Under the pieces are notes generated by a model. The model searched no databases and had not been told where the DNA came from. It worked only from the letters and a program-made list of their open reading frames with translations. Below, one piece after another: positions 39,823 to 49,971 of a DNA stretch of 64,000 nucleotides (positions are counted from its first letter, which is position 1; every line of letters begins with the position of its first letter). The position numbers were made by a program, and so were the translations under genes. This stretch comes from a virus (lineage: Duplodnaviria > Caudoviricetes). The DNA is taken from positions 64,001 through 128,000 of IMG/VR virus record IMGVR_UViG_3300028048_000069; one strand, given 5' to 3'.

Positions 39823-40403
39823 AATTGCTATGGTTAGATACAGAAACAACTGGGTTAAATAAAGAAAAATGCGATATAGTTCAAATTGCAGGGATAGTAG
39901 TAATTGATGGGGAAGAGAAAGAAAGATTTAACTTATTTTCACAGCCAGTTAATTGGGAAAATATAGAACAAGGCGCATTAGAAACCACTGGTATGACCAT
40001 AGAAAAATTAAAGACATTTCCTATGCCACAAGAAACTTATGCTAATTTTAAGAAGATTTTAGATAAATATATTAACAAATATGATAAAGATGATAAGTTT
40101 TATATTGCTGGCCACAATGTGCAGTTCGATTTAGACTTTTGCAAACTCCTATTTCAAAAGCAAGGCGATAAGTATTTCTTTAGTTATTTTAAGCATCAGA
40201 CAGTTGATTTAATGAGTTTGGCTACCATTCTGCATACTGCTAACCTAATCTATACAAAATCGTTTAAATTGGAAGATATAGCCAAATGCTTAAACATTGA
40301 GTGTAACAAAGAATTACACGATGCTTCCGTAGATATAGATATAACTAGAAAGTGTTTTTGTAAGTTGGTTTCTAGGTTTGTTAGATTTGACGAATCCGAA
40401 TAG
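39819..40403 (+). CDS. DEDDh 3'-5' exonuclease (DnaQ/epsilon-like)
   Basis: WLDTETTG, GHNVQFD, HDA..D; AAGGAG RBS. Confidence 0.9.
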   Translation: MKLLWLDTETTGLNKEKCDIVQIAGIVVIDGEEKERFNLFSQPVNWENIEQGALETTGMTIEKLKTFPMPQETYANFKKILDKYINKYDKDDKFYIAGHNVQFDLDFCKLLFQKQGDKYFFSYFKHQTVDLMSLATILHTANLIYTKSFKLEDIAKCLNIECNKELHDASVDIDITRKCFCKLVSRFVRFDESE

Positions 40404-40408
40404 TATAA

Positions 40409-40420
40409 TCATTTATATTT
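40409..40420 (+). promoter_or_regulatory. Conserved motif TCATTTATATTT (putative late promoter)
   Basis: Exact copy at the start of the late region. Confidence 0.5.
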
Positions 40421-40618
40421 GTGATGATTTTGAAATTAACATTGTTTGACATTTTTCACGAAGAACTTGTTAATCCTGTTAATGTCAATTTTGACAATGT
40501 GACTTATTTTTGTAGAAATTATGCTACAGGGAAGGGCACAGATATTTTCTTCCCTGATGGCTCAAAAATAATAGCAAAGCAGGAAATAGAAGAAATAAAT
40601 AGAATGCTTGGTTTATAA
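40421..40618 (+). CDS. Hypothetical protein, FlbD-like pattern
   Basis: LKLT...VNFDNV...FPDG..I..KQ.IEEI. Confidence 0.45.
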   Translation: MMILKLTLFDIFHEELVNPVNVNFDNVTYFCRNYATGKGTDIFFPDGSKIIAKQEIEEINRMLGL

Positions 40619-40783
40619 TACAGATTTATTTAAGTAGGAGATAAATCAAGCATGAAAAATAAAGTAGTTAATACTTTACTACGCGCTTTCGAAATTTATG
40701 GAAATAATGAGGCCGATAGTAAAGGTTTAATCAAAGGGTTGTTAGAGAAGTAATTCTCTAATTAACCCCTAGAAGGAGATATA

Positions 40784-41083
40784 ATGAAATTTGTAAAGTT
40801 GATTAAATCCGAAAAAGGAATACCAGCTGTAGAATATAGAAGAATGAACGATGGCATTCATCATTTAGCAATATTTAATAGTGTACAAGATGCTAAAGAA
40901 TGTTTTGATGCTTTAAGACATATGGAAGAAATTGATTTTGTGGATGATGAATCGGTAAATGATTATTTATATCAAGATGCATTTAAAAATTGTGTAGACG
41001 ATATAGAAGTAGATTATAGAACAATTCAAAAAGACCCTAAATATAACATTATAAATAAATCTTTCGTTTTTGATATATATTAA
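40784..41083 (+). CDS. Putative internal head protein (leader MKFVKLIKS)
   Basis: Shared N-terminal leader; acidic body. Confidence 0.6.
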   Translation: MKFVKLIKSEKGIPAVEYRRMNDGIHHLAIFNSVQDAKECFDALRHMEEIDFVDDESVNDYLYQDAFKNCVDDIEVDYRTIQKDPKYNIINKSFVFDIY

Positions 41084-41092
41084 AGGTACTAT

Positions 41093-41380
41093 ATGAAATT
41101 TACAAAAGTTATTAAAGCCGAAGGCATTTACGATAAATATAAACGAGAAATGGATACAGCCAATTCTAATTATGATGTTATAGGCAAAGAATTAAAAGCA
41201 CTACAAGATAAATTGTATGAGATTAAATCTAAAGCCTCTAACTTATATTATATGGCTAGTTCTGGTGATAATAAAGAATTAACAAACCAAGCAAAAGAAT
41301 TATCTAATTTAGTTGATGATGCTGCTTGGGATGGTATACACGAATTACAGCAAGCAATTCTTAAAGTAATTTATAAATAA
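41093..41380 (+). CDS. Putative internal head protein (leader MKFTKVIKA)
   Basis: Shared leader; helical body. Confidence 0.6.
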   Translation: MKFTKVIKAEGIYDKYKREMDTANSNYDVIGKELKALQDKLYEIKSKASNLYYMASSGDNKELTNQAKELSNLVDDAAWDGIHELQQAILKVIYK

Positions 41381-41982
41381 TGAAATTCTTTAAACTAATA
41401 CCTTATTTAATTATCGCATTTCTGCTTATTCGTATTGTATATTTGAATAAGCAGAATACTATTTTAATTGATAAAACTGCTACTCTTGAAGAAAATCTTA
41501 AAAATAAAACAGTTATCTATAAAGATAAAATAATCTATAAAGAACGAGTAGATACAGTTAGTGGTAAGGAAGTAAAGCAAGAAACTGTATATATTCCAAT
41601 TGATGGTAAGATAGAAATACTTACTCCTTCCGAACAAGAAAAATTAAATCTAAATATATTAGATAAAGCATTTAACCATATAATTAAACAAGAAGATGGC
41701 TCGGTTATTTTAATTAAAAATAAAGGATTTACACTTGCCCCAGAAGTCGCTGCTTTATATAGTGATAAATTAGAACTAGGGTTACAAGTTAAAGTATTTT
41801 ATTGGGATAGATATAATCTAGGCGCAGGTATTACTAATAATTCTGTTTTATATGGTTATGCATCAAGAAATATTTCTGATATATTAAACTTTACAAAAAA
41901 TACTGCTGCTCAAGTATCATTAGGTAAAGATTTAGAAAATGGTGATACTAAATTCTTGTTTGGTGTTAGTGTAAGATTATAA
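41380..41982 (+). CDS. Membrane-anchored protein with coiled coil and C-terminal amphipathic beta-strands (spanin-like candidate)
   Basis: N-terminal TM; C-terminal alternating strands ending FGVSVRL. Confidence 0.5.
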   Translation: MKFFKLIPYLIIAFLLIRIVYLNKQNTILIDKTATLEENLKNKTVIYKDKIIYKERVDTVSGKEVKQETVYIPIDGKIEILTPSEQEKLNLNILDKAFNHIIKQEDGSVILIKNKGFTLAPEVAALYSDKLELGLQVKVFYWDRYNLGAGITNNSVLYGYASRNISDILNFTKNTAAQVSLGKDLENGDTKFLFGVSVRL

Positions 41983-41986
41983 ATTA

Positions 41987-42015
41987 TTTACTTATTTTGT
42001 AAAATATTGTATTAT
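41987..42015 (+). promoter_or_regulatory. Sigma70-like promoter TTTACT-N17-TATTAT
   Basis: Same AAATTATTTACT context as 20147 and 57311. Confidence 0.45.
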
Positions 42016-42030
42016 ATAATTATAATAAAT

Positions 42031-42042
42031 ACATTTATATTT
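42031..42042 (+). promoter_or_regulatory. Late motif variant ACATTTATATTT
   Basis: One mismatch; intergenic; about 20 nt before ATG 42062. Confidence 0.5.
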
Positions 42043-42061
42043 AATGTGGGAGAATAAATTT

Positions 42062-42292
42062 ATGAAATTTAAAAAATTAGTTAAATCCGAAGAAGAAATT
42101 AAAGATACTAATAAAAGAAAAACTAAAATCGAAGAGTGGTTAGAGTCAATAGATGATGAATTGTATTATATTAAAGGTATGATTAAATCTAATGTAGAAG
42201 CGCATCCTAATCGTGGAGATATTAAAAGTGCAATAACTAAAAAATTGCAAGATGCTTATTCTTCACTGCTTGATATAGAGGACCTTTTTTAA
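42062..42292 (+). CDS. Putative internal head protein (leader MKFKKLVKS)
   Basis: Shared leader; GGAG RBS. Confidence 0.6.
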   Translation: MKFKKLVKSEEEIKDTNKRKTKIEEWLESIDDELYYIKGMIKSNVEAHPNRGDIKSAITKKLQDAYSSLLDIEDLF

Positions 42293-42302
42293 ACAGTTAA
42301 TT

Positions 42303-42830
42303 ATGAAACTAATTAGAGTAATTAAATCTAAAATTGTTAAAAAAGATAATAAGTACCAAGTTCAATCCGAAAAGGGAAAGAATTTAGGTACTTATGATAC
42401 AAAAGAACAGGCCGAAAAAAGACTTAAACAGGTAGAAATGTTTAAGCATATGAAATCTAGTATGTCTGCATCTGATGTAGAAAAAATGTGGCAGAATAGA
42501 TATGATGTAATAATTGATAAAATAGATTATGAAGATGTTTATATGACAATTATTACAGATGACCAAAAAGAGCATAAACTTACTCTTTCTTTAGATTATG
42601 AATTAGGCAGTTTTGTACCAGAAACAAAAGGAACTTCAAGTCCATATTTAGCCGATACCCCAGAAGATTATTATGGAAATAAGGCTTATTATGAAGATTT
42701 TGATATTAAAAAGATTACTATTACAAATATAGATGGAGAGAAAACAAATATTGATATCCCATTAAATAGCGATTTAGCGCAGTCTTTGTATAGTATGGTA
42801 GAAGAACATTATAGATTTACTCAAGATTAA
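42303..42830 (+). CDS. Putative head-associated protein (leader MKLIRVIKS)
   Basis: Leader, then the KY.V.SE.GKNLGTY.T..A.KRL.QVE.FKH module seen in phage head proteins, then an acidic domain. Confidence 0.6.
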   Translation: MKLIRVIKSKIVKKDNKYQVQSEKGKNLGTYDTKEQAEKRLKQVEMFKHMKSSMSASDVEKMWQNRYDVIIDKIDYEDVYMTIITDDQKEHKLTLSLDYELGSFVPETKGTSSPYLADTPEDYYGNKAYYEDFDIKKITITNIDGEKTNIDIPLNSDLAQSLYSMVEEHYRFTQD

Positions 42831-42854
42831 TATTTTATCGAACATAGAGTAAAG

Positions 42855-42883
42855 AAACCACCTAGAAATAGGTGGTTTTATTT
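42855..42883 (+). terminator. Rho-independent terminator AAACCACCTA-GAAA-TAGGTGGTTT
   Basis: 10-bp stem, GAAA loop, T-rich tail. Confidence 0.8.
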
Positions 42884-42891
42884 ATGCTTCT

Positions 42892-42903
42892 TCATTTATA
42901 TTT
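42892..42903 (+). promoter_or_regulatory. Late motif TCATTTATATTT
   Basis: Exact copy between terminator and tail gene. Confidence 0.65.
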
Positions 42904-42930
42904 TATATATAACTTTTTAAAGGTGTCCAA

Positions 42931-44724
42931 ATGACTAAACAATACAATAAAATTGGTGTTACTACTGGTGGGTATCGCGGTAATAGAGCGATACTAGAAC
43001 AGAGAGTAATAGAAGGTTTTAAAGTACCTAGTTTTCAAGAAGGAGTATTACAATTAGATCCAGAAACTCCTCAAACTTTATATCTAACTAGTACAAATAT
43101 GGCTGATGGTAATATTATTATATTGCCAAATGCTCAAGATTTATGGAATAACTGGCGTACTACAATTATTAATGAAAGTGCTTTTCCAGTTAATATTTAC
43201 TACTATACAAACGATTTAAGCCAATTAAACTTATTTAAAGAGATTTCTTCTGGCAATATGGCTACACTTATATTGTTAGAAAACTCTTCTACAACTGGTG
43301 TTTGGACAACTTTAAGAACAACAGAAATAACATCAGCCGAGCAAGTAGAAAAATATACATCAAATGTATTAGATACTATTGAAATTAACTGGAACCAAAT
43401 ACAAGGTAATACATCACCGATTGTATTTACATTGTCGCCTATTATGGCTGGAACTGCAGTTAAAAGTATTTATTTAAAAACTATTGAACAGTTTGTAAGT
43501 GACGGTTCGGATGAAGACCCATTATCCTTGTCAATTTCTGTAGGTATAGGTACTGATGAATCAGACGAAGAATATAGTGCAGACCACTTTATTTCTAATT
43601 ATGATTTAACACAACCCGTATCTGATACAAACTTTACTAAAGATTTATTTGATGAAATATTATCAACTACTGATAGCAAATATGTTTGCGCCACTATTAC
43701 AGGAAATAATCTTTCATCTTTGGTCAGTGGCAAATTGCAAATAACTGTAGAAAGAGCAAAATTAATTGATCCAACTGTATTAAAAAATCCTATTATTCAA
43801 ACAAATTTGCCTATCGGTACAGTAATGAATTATATATTTGCTGATGTACCAGAAGGATTTTTAAGATTAGATGGTGCTATATATCCAAATGCAAATGCTG
43901 CCATACCTAATTTTATTGAAAAATTGAACGCAATTAATAATCAATTAGTAGGAGAAAAGTTAATTGTAGGAATAGACGAATGGAATCAAACATTCACTAC
44001 ATATGGTTCCTGTGGTAAATTTGCTTGGCAAGGTTCTAATTTAAGATTTCCTGCTATTAATTGTTTTATACAAGGTTTAAGCGATTTAACACAATTATCT
44101 AAATTAACAGAGGCTGGATTACCTAATATTACTGGTACGCATGGAAGTGGTGAAAAATACAATGATGTTGGAACTTCTGGTGCATTTTATAAATTGCCTT
44201 ATACAAATAGAACAGCTGGCGATGGTACAAATCATCCGCAACAATATGGATTTGACGCATCTCGTTGCAGCCCTATATATGGACGTTCAAATACTGTTAC
44301 GCCATTAAATATTAAATATCCTTATATTATAAGTGTTTATAATAAAATACAAAATTCATCTGTAATAGATTTAAATGCTATTATGGAGGCAAGTGTTTAT
44401 AAAGCAAATACAGATTTGGATAATTTAAGCCAAATAGGTGTTGATAATGCTTTAAGAATAACTGAATCAAATTGTGCCGCAGATATGACTACTGGTGTAG
44501 GATTTTCTAGTGGTACAGAAATGCCATATAATGCTTTAGTAGTTGTTAGTGGTTCTTATGGTGGTTATGGAACAGCCTATCTATATGTAGATGGTGTTTG
44601 TGTATGGGCTGACCCAAACAATGAAGGTTCTGGTAAATTTCACTGTGGAAACTGTGTAGCGAAAAAGGGTTCTATAGTAACTTTTTCAAATATAAGTTCT
44701 GCTACATACTATAAATTAGGATAA
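42931..44724 (+). CDS. Tail fibre protein with collar-like domain
   Basis: PIGTV..PEGFL.LDG, AGLPNITG, GAF, FDASRCSPIYG..TV.P. Confidence 0.8.
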   Translation: MTKQYNKIGVTTGGYRGNRAILEQRVIEGFKVPSFQEGVLQLDPETPQTLYLTSTNMADGNIIILPNAQDLWNNWRTTIINESAFPVNIYYYTNDLSQLNLFKEISSGNMATLILLENSSTTGVWTTLRTTEITSAEQVEKYTSNVLDTIEINWNQIQGNTSPIVFTLSPIMAGTAVKSIYLKTIEQFVSDGSDEDPLSLSISVGIGTDESDEEYSADHFISNYDLTQPVSDTNFTKDLFDEILSTTDSKYVCATITGNNLSSLVSGKLQITVERAKLIDPTVLKNPIIQTNLPIGTVMNYIFADVPEGFLRLDGAIYPNANAAIPNFIEKLNAINNQLVGEKLIVGIDEWNQTFTTYGSCGKFAWQGSNLRFPAINCFIQGLSDLTQLSKLTEAGLPNITGTHGSGEKYNDVGTSGAFYKLPYTNRTAGDGTNHPQQYGFDASRCSPIYGRSNTVTPLNIKYPYIISVYNKIQNSSVIDLNAIMEASVYKANTDLDNLSQIGVDNALRITESNCAADMTTGVGFSSGTEMPYNALVVVSGSYGGYGTAYLYVDGVCVWADPNNEGSGKFHCGNCVAKKGSIVTFSNISSATYYKLG

Positions 44725-44726
44725 TT

Positions 44727-45059
44727 ATGAAAAAATTAGCAAAGATTGTTGATGAAAAATTACATACAGTAAATGTTGCCCTTGGTGACGACATGTCTTT
44801 TTATAAATCAATGGGATTTGTAAGTCTTAATGTTGAACAAGGATACGATGGAAATTGGTATATAGAAGGATATGCCCCAGTAAAACCAGAGCCTACATTA
44901 CAAGAAACATTAGAAGCATTGGAAGAAAAATATCATATGCCTCGTGTAGTAAGAGAAGGTATATTAGGAAATCCTTCAATGTACAGTGAATTTAATGTAA
45001 ATAAAGCGAAAGATTTAGAAGATATTGCAGAAGCAATAAGGAAGGCAAATAATGGCTAA
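44727..45059 (+). CDS. Tail fibre assembly/chaperone-like protein
   Basis: VEQGYDGNWYIEGYAP; directly after the fibre gene. Confidence 0.6.
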   Translation: MKKLAKIVDEKLHTVNVALGDDMSFYKSMGFVSLNVEQGYDGNWYIEGYAPVKPEPTLQETLEALEEKYHMPRVVREGILGNPSMYSEFNVNKAKDLEDIAEAIRKANNG

Positions 45060-45990
45060 TCATAACCAATTTAAAAGAATTTCTACAACACCACAAGCAA
45101 ATACAATTCCATATGCTGATGAAAATGGTAATTTATCTAATTGGTTAGATAATGACCCTGTTATTCAAGCATTAAAGCAGCAAAACGAATTTATTGGAAG
45201 TATAGCAACTGCTCCAGAACCTGATAGACAATCAATTTTAACGCAATTTGTAGTAGATACTACAGGTAGACAACCTAGAAATGGTGATGAAGTATCTATT
45301 GAAGATGTTGGCGAATTGTGGGAATATAACGGAACTGAATGGGTTTTCTTTACAACCACTACTTTAGCTGATGCTTCTACAACAACCAAAGGTGTAATGC
45401 AAGTAGGAAGCGGTTTATTAGTTACTAATGGTTTAGTTAGTGTAGATGATACTAGACTTACGATGGCCAGAACAAAAGTAACAAATACAAGCGCAACTCC
45501 TTCTTTAGGATTACAAGCAAATACCGATTATATATTTAGTAATGCCTTAACAAGTTTAACATTAAGTACTATACCTAATAGCCAATACTTTATTTCATTA
45601 AATTTTAAAACAGGTAGTACATTTACATTTTCAGCACCGAACTTAACAGATTGGTATTTTGTTGATAATCCGCCTACATTTTTACCAAATAAAAAATATG
45701 AAATTATCATTGTAAATGGTAAAGCACATATCTATTATGTAGGTCAGAGAATTTATCCTATTAATAAAATAGTAGTTACAAATCCTCAAATATCGCCCGT
45801 AGGTACAAATGCTACTTGGACAATTTCTAATACATTAGGAACAAAAGAATTATTTATTAGAGTTTATGAAACAGCAACTGGAGATACAGTAGATGTAAAT
45901 AGTAATACCACTAACAGTAATATTACAGTTACATTTTATGCTGAATCCACAGTTTCAGCAGGTACATATACAGCAGTAATATTGGGGTAA
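45052..45990 (+). CDS. Tail/baseplate-associated structural protein
   Basis: ASTTTKGVMQVG repeat, beta-rich domains; one domain is paralogous to 52218. Confidence 0.65.
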   Translation: MANHNQFKRISTTPQANTIPYADENGNLSNWLDNDPVIQALKQQNEFIGSIATAPEPDRQSILTQFVVDTTGRQPRNGDEVSIEDVGELWEYNGTEWVFFTTTTLADASTTTKGVMQVGSGLLVTNGLVSVDDTRLTMARTKVTNTSATPSLGLQANTDYIFSNALTSLTLSTIPNSQYFISLNFKTGSTFTFSAPNLTDWYFVDNPPTFLPNKKYEIIIVNGKAHIYYVGQRIYPINKIVVTNPQISPVGTNATWTISNTLGTKELFIRVYETATGDTVDVNSNTTNSNITVTFYAESTVSAGTYTAVILG

Positions 45991-45997
45991 TTAGGTA

Positions 45998-47647
45998 ATG
46001 AAAAGACTAAATCTTGATATAGATAAAAATTTAACCGCAAATAGTAATATTTTAGCACCTTCACAACAGGCGCTAAAATATTATATTGACCAAAAAAGAG
46101 TTTTATTAAATTATTTACAAGCAACCGAGCCAACATCATTTTCTGTTGGTGAAAAGTGGTTAAATACGAGTTCTAACAAGATTTTTACTGCTTTAAGTAG
46201 TAGTACCTGGGATAGTGGTATAGATTTAGAATCGGGGCAAATTTACTCATTTAACAACCTTTTATATCATTGGAATGGGGAAAACCTATTAATCTATAGT
46301 TCTGGCAGCATTACAGAAACAAATAATAATACAGAAGTTAAAACTTGGGTAGGAACTCAATCAGAATATGATGCTATAGCTACAAAAGATCCAACTACAG
46401 AATATGTAATTACAGATGCTTATTCAAATTTGGATATAATATTAGCAACCCAAACAGAGTTTAATAATTCATCTACTACCAAAGCAGCCACTCCCTATCA
46501 AGTCAATCAAAAGATAGGAAATTACTTACCTTTAGCAGGTGGAAACCTAAATGCAGGTGCTATTTTAAGATTAACTAATACAAATAATGAAGTAACCCCA
46601 TTAGCATTTGATACAAGTGGTTATTTAACAGTTGGTAGCAAATTATATGTAAATACAGAAACTAACACTAACAGTTTAATAGTTAGAAGTGGAAATATTT
46701 ATAAAACTGATATATCTGGCGATACAGTAGCTTGGAGTAATGATTTAGATGCTTATCTTCCATTAGCTGGCGGTACAATGACAGGAGATATAACCTGGAC
46801 AGGCGATAGCAATAAAGTTCTGGGGCTGCAGTTAAATAACAATGGCACTAACTTTGATGGCGGATGGAATTATAATTCTGGTGCTGGTGCTGGGTTTGCT
46901 TTGCGTTCTACTTCTTATCCTACAGTAGCGGAAAGAGGAGCATTTGTTTTCTTCGCTAGAAACGGAACAAGTTCTGCTAACACAAAGCGCCTGATGGGGT
47001 TTTCAAACGGTAGTTTGACTTGGGTTGGGAAAGAAGTTCTAACTACTGCTCATAAAGATGTCGCAAATGGTATAGCTTCGTTGGATGCAAATGTAAAAAT
47101 TCCATCTGCTCAATTACCATTAGCTACTGTATCTGCTCCTGGTGCAGTAAAACCTGATGGAACCACCATTACAATAAATGATGGAGTGATTAGTGCAAGC
47201 GGAACTGGTGCTTTAGCAAATACAGCGACAGCAACAAATTCTTTAACTATTTTAGGTACTCCATCAACAAGTTCATTTGGTCTTAATATAGGTCAAAATA
47301 CTAGTGTAGGAACAAATGGAAGTACTGCAATAGGTATTAATGCTAAAGCAGGTGAATATGGAACTGCTGTAGGTGGCGGTAATGCATCTAATACTTCGGC
47401 GAATGCCACAGGATATGGTAGTGTTGCAGTCGGATCTGGTGCAAAAGCAACTGCTACTAGAGCAATTCAGATAGGTAGTGGTACAAATAATACAGCCGAT
47501 ACGACACAATTGGGAAATACTACAATTTTAGATGCTAATGGAAAAGTACCTAGTACAGTATTACCAGCCGCAACAAGTTCTACTTTAGGTGGAATTATGA
47601 TTGAATATGATTCTACTACAAATACTTTAAATATTAAAACTTCGTAA
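45998..47647 (+). CDS. Tail fibre protein with YadA-head-like repeats
   Basis: WVGTQSEYDAI, two YLPLAGG motifs, GIASLD, STAIG/SVAVG/AIQIG repeats. Confidence 0.75.
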   Translation: MKRLNLDIDKNLTANSNILAPSQQALKYYIDQKRVLLNYLQATEPTSFSVGEKWLNTSSNKIFTALSSSTWDSGIDLESGQIYSFNNLLYHWNGENLLIYSSGSITETNNNTEVKTWVGTQSEYDAIATKDPTTEYVITDAYSNLDIILATQTEFNNSSTTKAATPYQVNQKIGNYLPLAGGNLNAGAILRLTNTNNEVTPLAFDTSGYLTVGSKLYVNTETNTNSLIVRSGNIYKTDISGDTVAWSNDLDAYLPLAGGTMTGDITWTGDSNKVLGLQLNNNGTNFDGGWNYNSGAGAGFALRSTSYPTVAERGAFVFFARNGTSSANTKRLMGFSNGSLTWVGKEVLTTAHKDVANGIASLDANVKIPSAQLPLATVSAPGAVKPDGTTITINDGVISASGTGALANTATATNSLTILGTPSTSSFGLNIGQNTSVGTNGSTAIGINAKAGEYGTAVGGGNASNTSANATGYGSVAVGSGAKATATRAIQIGSGTNNTADTTQLGNTTILDANGKVPSTVLPAATSSTLGGIMIEYDSTTNTLNIKTS

Positions 47648-47662
47648 ATTAGGAGTTATATC

Positions 47663-48151
47663 ATGCCTATACAAATAAATGGTACAACAATAATAGATGA
47701 AACCCTATTAGCAGATAAAAATTTAAGTAATTTATCAGAAGATGGTAAAAATGTTATAAAAAGTTTAGCATCGGGAGCAGGTGGAATGAAAAGACCAGAT
47801 TATGCAAATGGGTCGGAACAAAATATAGCATGTAGTTGTAGAATTAGTTCAGGCGGTGTAACAAATATTTCTTATACATCTATTACAATTCCTTCGAATG
47901 GTTATATATTATTATATAATATATTAGAAAAATATCCTAATACACAGACACATTGTGCACTAATATCAAATGCGATAGTAAACATTAATAATAAATTTAT
48001 AACATTAGATGCTCTATATAAGAATTTAATTCCAGTAACTTTAAATGATATAATAAGTTTTACAAATACATTCTCTATAACAGGTGTTCCTTCAACACAA
48101 AATTATACATTTAATATTTGCCAATTTATGTTCTATCCTGAATTACAATAA
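47663..48151 (+). CDS. Fibre-tip-like structural protein
   Basis: ADKNLSNLS, PDY, PSNGY pattern shared with the end of 42931. Confidence 0.55.
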   Translation: MPIQINGTTIIDETLLADKNLSNLSEDGKNVIKSLASGAGGMKRPDYANGSEQNIACSCRISSGGVTNISYTSITIPSNGYILLYNILEKYPNTQTHCALISNAIVNINNKFITLDALYKNLIPVTLNDIISFTNTFSITGVPSTQNYTFNICQFMFYPELQ

Positions 48152-48164
48152 AGAGGTAATAATA

Positions 48165-48896
48165 GTGAAACAATTTATAGTATTAATTACATTATTATTT
48201 TCGACCACTTTATATTGTCAAAATTTAATAAGGATACATAGAACAATTAGACCTAGAAATTATACTAGATTAAGTAGAACTATAACAACTTCTATTCCAA
48301 GAGGCTTTTTAGCAATTGATATAGCAAAGGCTCAATCATTAAATAGATATACAAGTTGGAAATTTATTAATACACAATCTAAATTAAAATTAACAATAGA
48401 TAGAAAATTAAAAGAACATTCACTAAAATCCCCTAAAACAATATATGGTCCTTACAATTATGTAAGGACTTTTTCTAAAATTTCCAGACAAGAGTCTTTA
48501 ATATCTACGCAGAATTTAACTGAATGGAGACAGTTACATCACCCACAAGGGTTTAATGGCGCGCACCATTTAGTAAATAAATATACAATAAAATTAATTC
48601 ACGAACAAATGAAAGAAAATGGAATAAAATTTAATTTATCGGATTGTCAAAATAATGCTCCTGCTATATTTCATCCTCTTCATGGAAATCCTAAATTTAA
48701 ATATATATTTCATAATCCAGAACAACAATTAGCAGAATATAATCAATTTGGAATGAAAGTTGTTGTATCTAATATTTTAAATAATATAGAAAAAATAAGT
48801 ATAGAAAATGGATTAGGAACATTACCAGAATTATATAAAAAATCTATATTATTAGAAACAGAATTTTGGTGCAAAGAATACGGATTAAAATTCTAA
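48165..48896 (+). CDS. Secreted protein with AHH/HNH-like motif
   Basis: GTG start after GAGG; signal peptide; GAHHLV...NAPAI.HPLH...FHN. Confidence 0.5.
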   Translation: MKQFIVLITLLFSTTLYCQNLIRIHRTIRPRNYTRLSRTITTSIPRGFLAIDIAKAQSLNRYTSWKFINTQSKLKLTIDRKLKEHSLKSPKTIYGPYNYVRTFSKISRQESLISTQNLTEWRQLHHPQGFNGAHHLVNKYTIKLIHEQMKENGIKFNLSDCQNNAPAIFHPLHGNPKFKYIFHNPEQQLAEYNQFGMKVVVSNILNNIEKISIENGLGTLPELYKKSILLETEFWCKEYGLKF

Positions 48897-48948
48897 TTAG
48901 TATTGTTTTAATAATTCCTAATAAAAATAGACTTTAAAGGATAGAAAT

Positions 48949-49641
48949 ATGGACATCGTATATCCAGTTAAATCTACAAATGAAAATATAGAATTAAGAT
49001 ATAGTTTAAGGTCGTTACAAAATATACAGCACGACCGAGTTTTTATTATTGGTGATTTACCTAATTTTGTGCAAAATGTTATACATATTCCTATAAAAAG
49101 TGTAAATTCTCGTTATGTTTCTACTACAAATAGTTTAAAAACAATATGTTTAAATAAAGAAATTTCAGATAATTTTATATGGATGAATGATGATTTCTTT
49201 ATATTAAAACTTATACAGCCTAGTGATTTATTATTAAATCGTGGTAAAATGAAAGATATTGTTAGTTACTATCACAAAATACACAATTCATTAACTCCAT
49301 ATGATAGAAATGTAGAAAATGCTTATAAAGAATTAAAATCTATGGGTTTTGAAGAGCCTATTAGTTTTGAACTACATTGTCCTATAATCATCAATAAATA
49401 TAAGTTCCTAACCATTTCAGATAAGATTAAAACAGATGCTTTACATTGTTGTAAACGCTCTCTATATGGAAATTATTATATCGGTAATAGTAATACTATA
49501 GAAGATATGAAAGTCCTTTCTAGCACTATTTTTGATGAAAAGAATTATGATAGATTTATGAGTTGTTCTGAAAATACATTTAAAAAAGTAGAAGATTTTT
49601 TAAAAAAGAAGTTTCCTAATAAATGTATTTATGAAAAATAA
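48949..49641 (+). CDS. Stealth-family sugar-phosphate transferase-like protein
   Basis: MDIVYP, ELRYSLRSL, FIWMNDDFF, H.P, RSLYGN. Confidence 0.75.
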   Translation: MDIVYPVKSTNENIELRYSLRSLQNIQHDRVFIIGDLPNFVQNVIHIPIKSVNSRYVSTTNSLKTICLNKEISDNFIWMNDDFFILKLIQPSDLLLNRGKMKDIVSYYHKIHNSLTPYDRNVENAYKELKSMGFEEPISFELHCPIIINKYKFLTISDKIKTDALHCCKRSLYGNYYIGNSNTIEDMKVLSSTIFDEKNYDRFMSCSENTFKKVEDFLKKKFPNKCIYEK

Positions 49642-49646
49642 CTGTA

Positions 49647-49658
49647 TCATTTATATTT
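49647..49658 (+). promoter_or_regulatory. Late motif TCATTTATATTT
   Basis: Exact copy, intergenic. Confidence 0.65.
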
Positions 49659-49682
49659 TTATACTATAATATTGGAGTTTTT

Positions 49683-49955
49683 ATGCTATTAGAATCAGGA
49701 AAAATTTATAAAAGAAAATATTTCGCAGATAGTTATATGCTTCCTACATTGGAAATAACTGGTTCTGCTCAAGTTTATGTAAGTAATAAAGGCGAAAAAC
49801 CTACTTCTACTTCAGATATGAAATTAGAAGAGGGATTTGAAAACGATAAAATCAATACAGTAATTGCTATGACAAGATGGATTTGTGCTGTATATTCAGA
49901 TGGTAGTGAAGTATATGAAATGGGATTAGTAGAAAATCCTTATAAAAATAGTTAA
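49683..49955 (+). CDS. Small structural or hypothetical protein
   Basis: GGAG RBS after the late motif. Confidence 0.6.
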   Translation: MLLESGKIYKRKYFADSYMLPTLEITGSAQVYVSNKGEKPTSTSDMKLEEGFENDKINTVIAMTRWICAVYSDGSEVYEMGLVENPYKNS

Positions 49956-49971
49956 GTAGGAGAACGATTTT

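Noticed and set aside
38096-40618. Flagellar function for the two FlbD-like ORFs
   Set aside because: The resemblance is a short pattern only and does not support a functional claim
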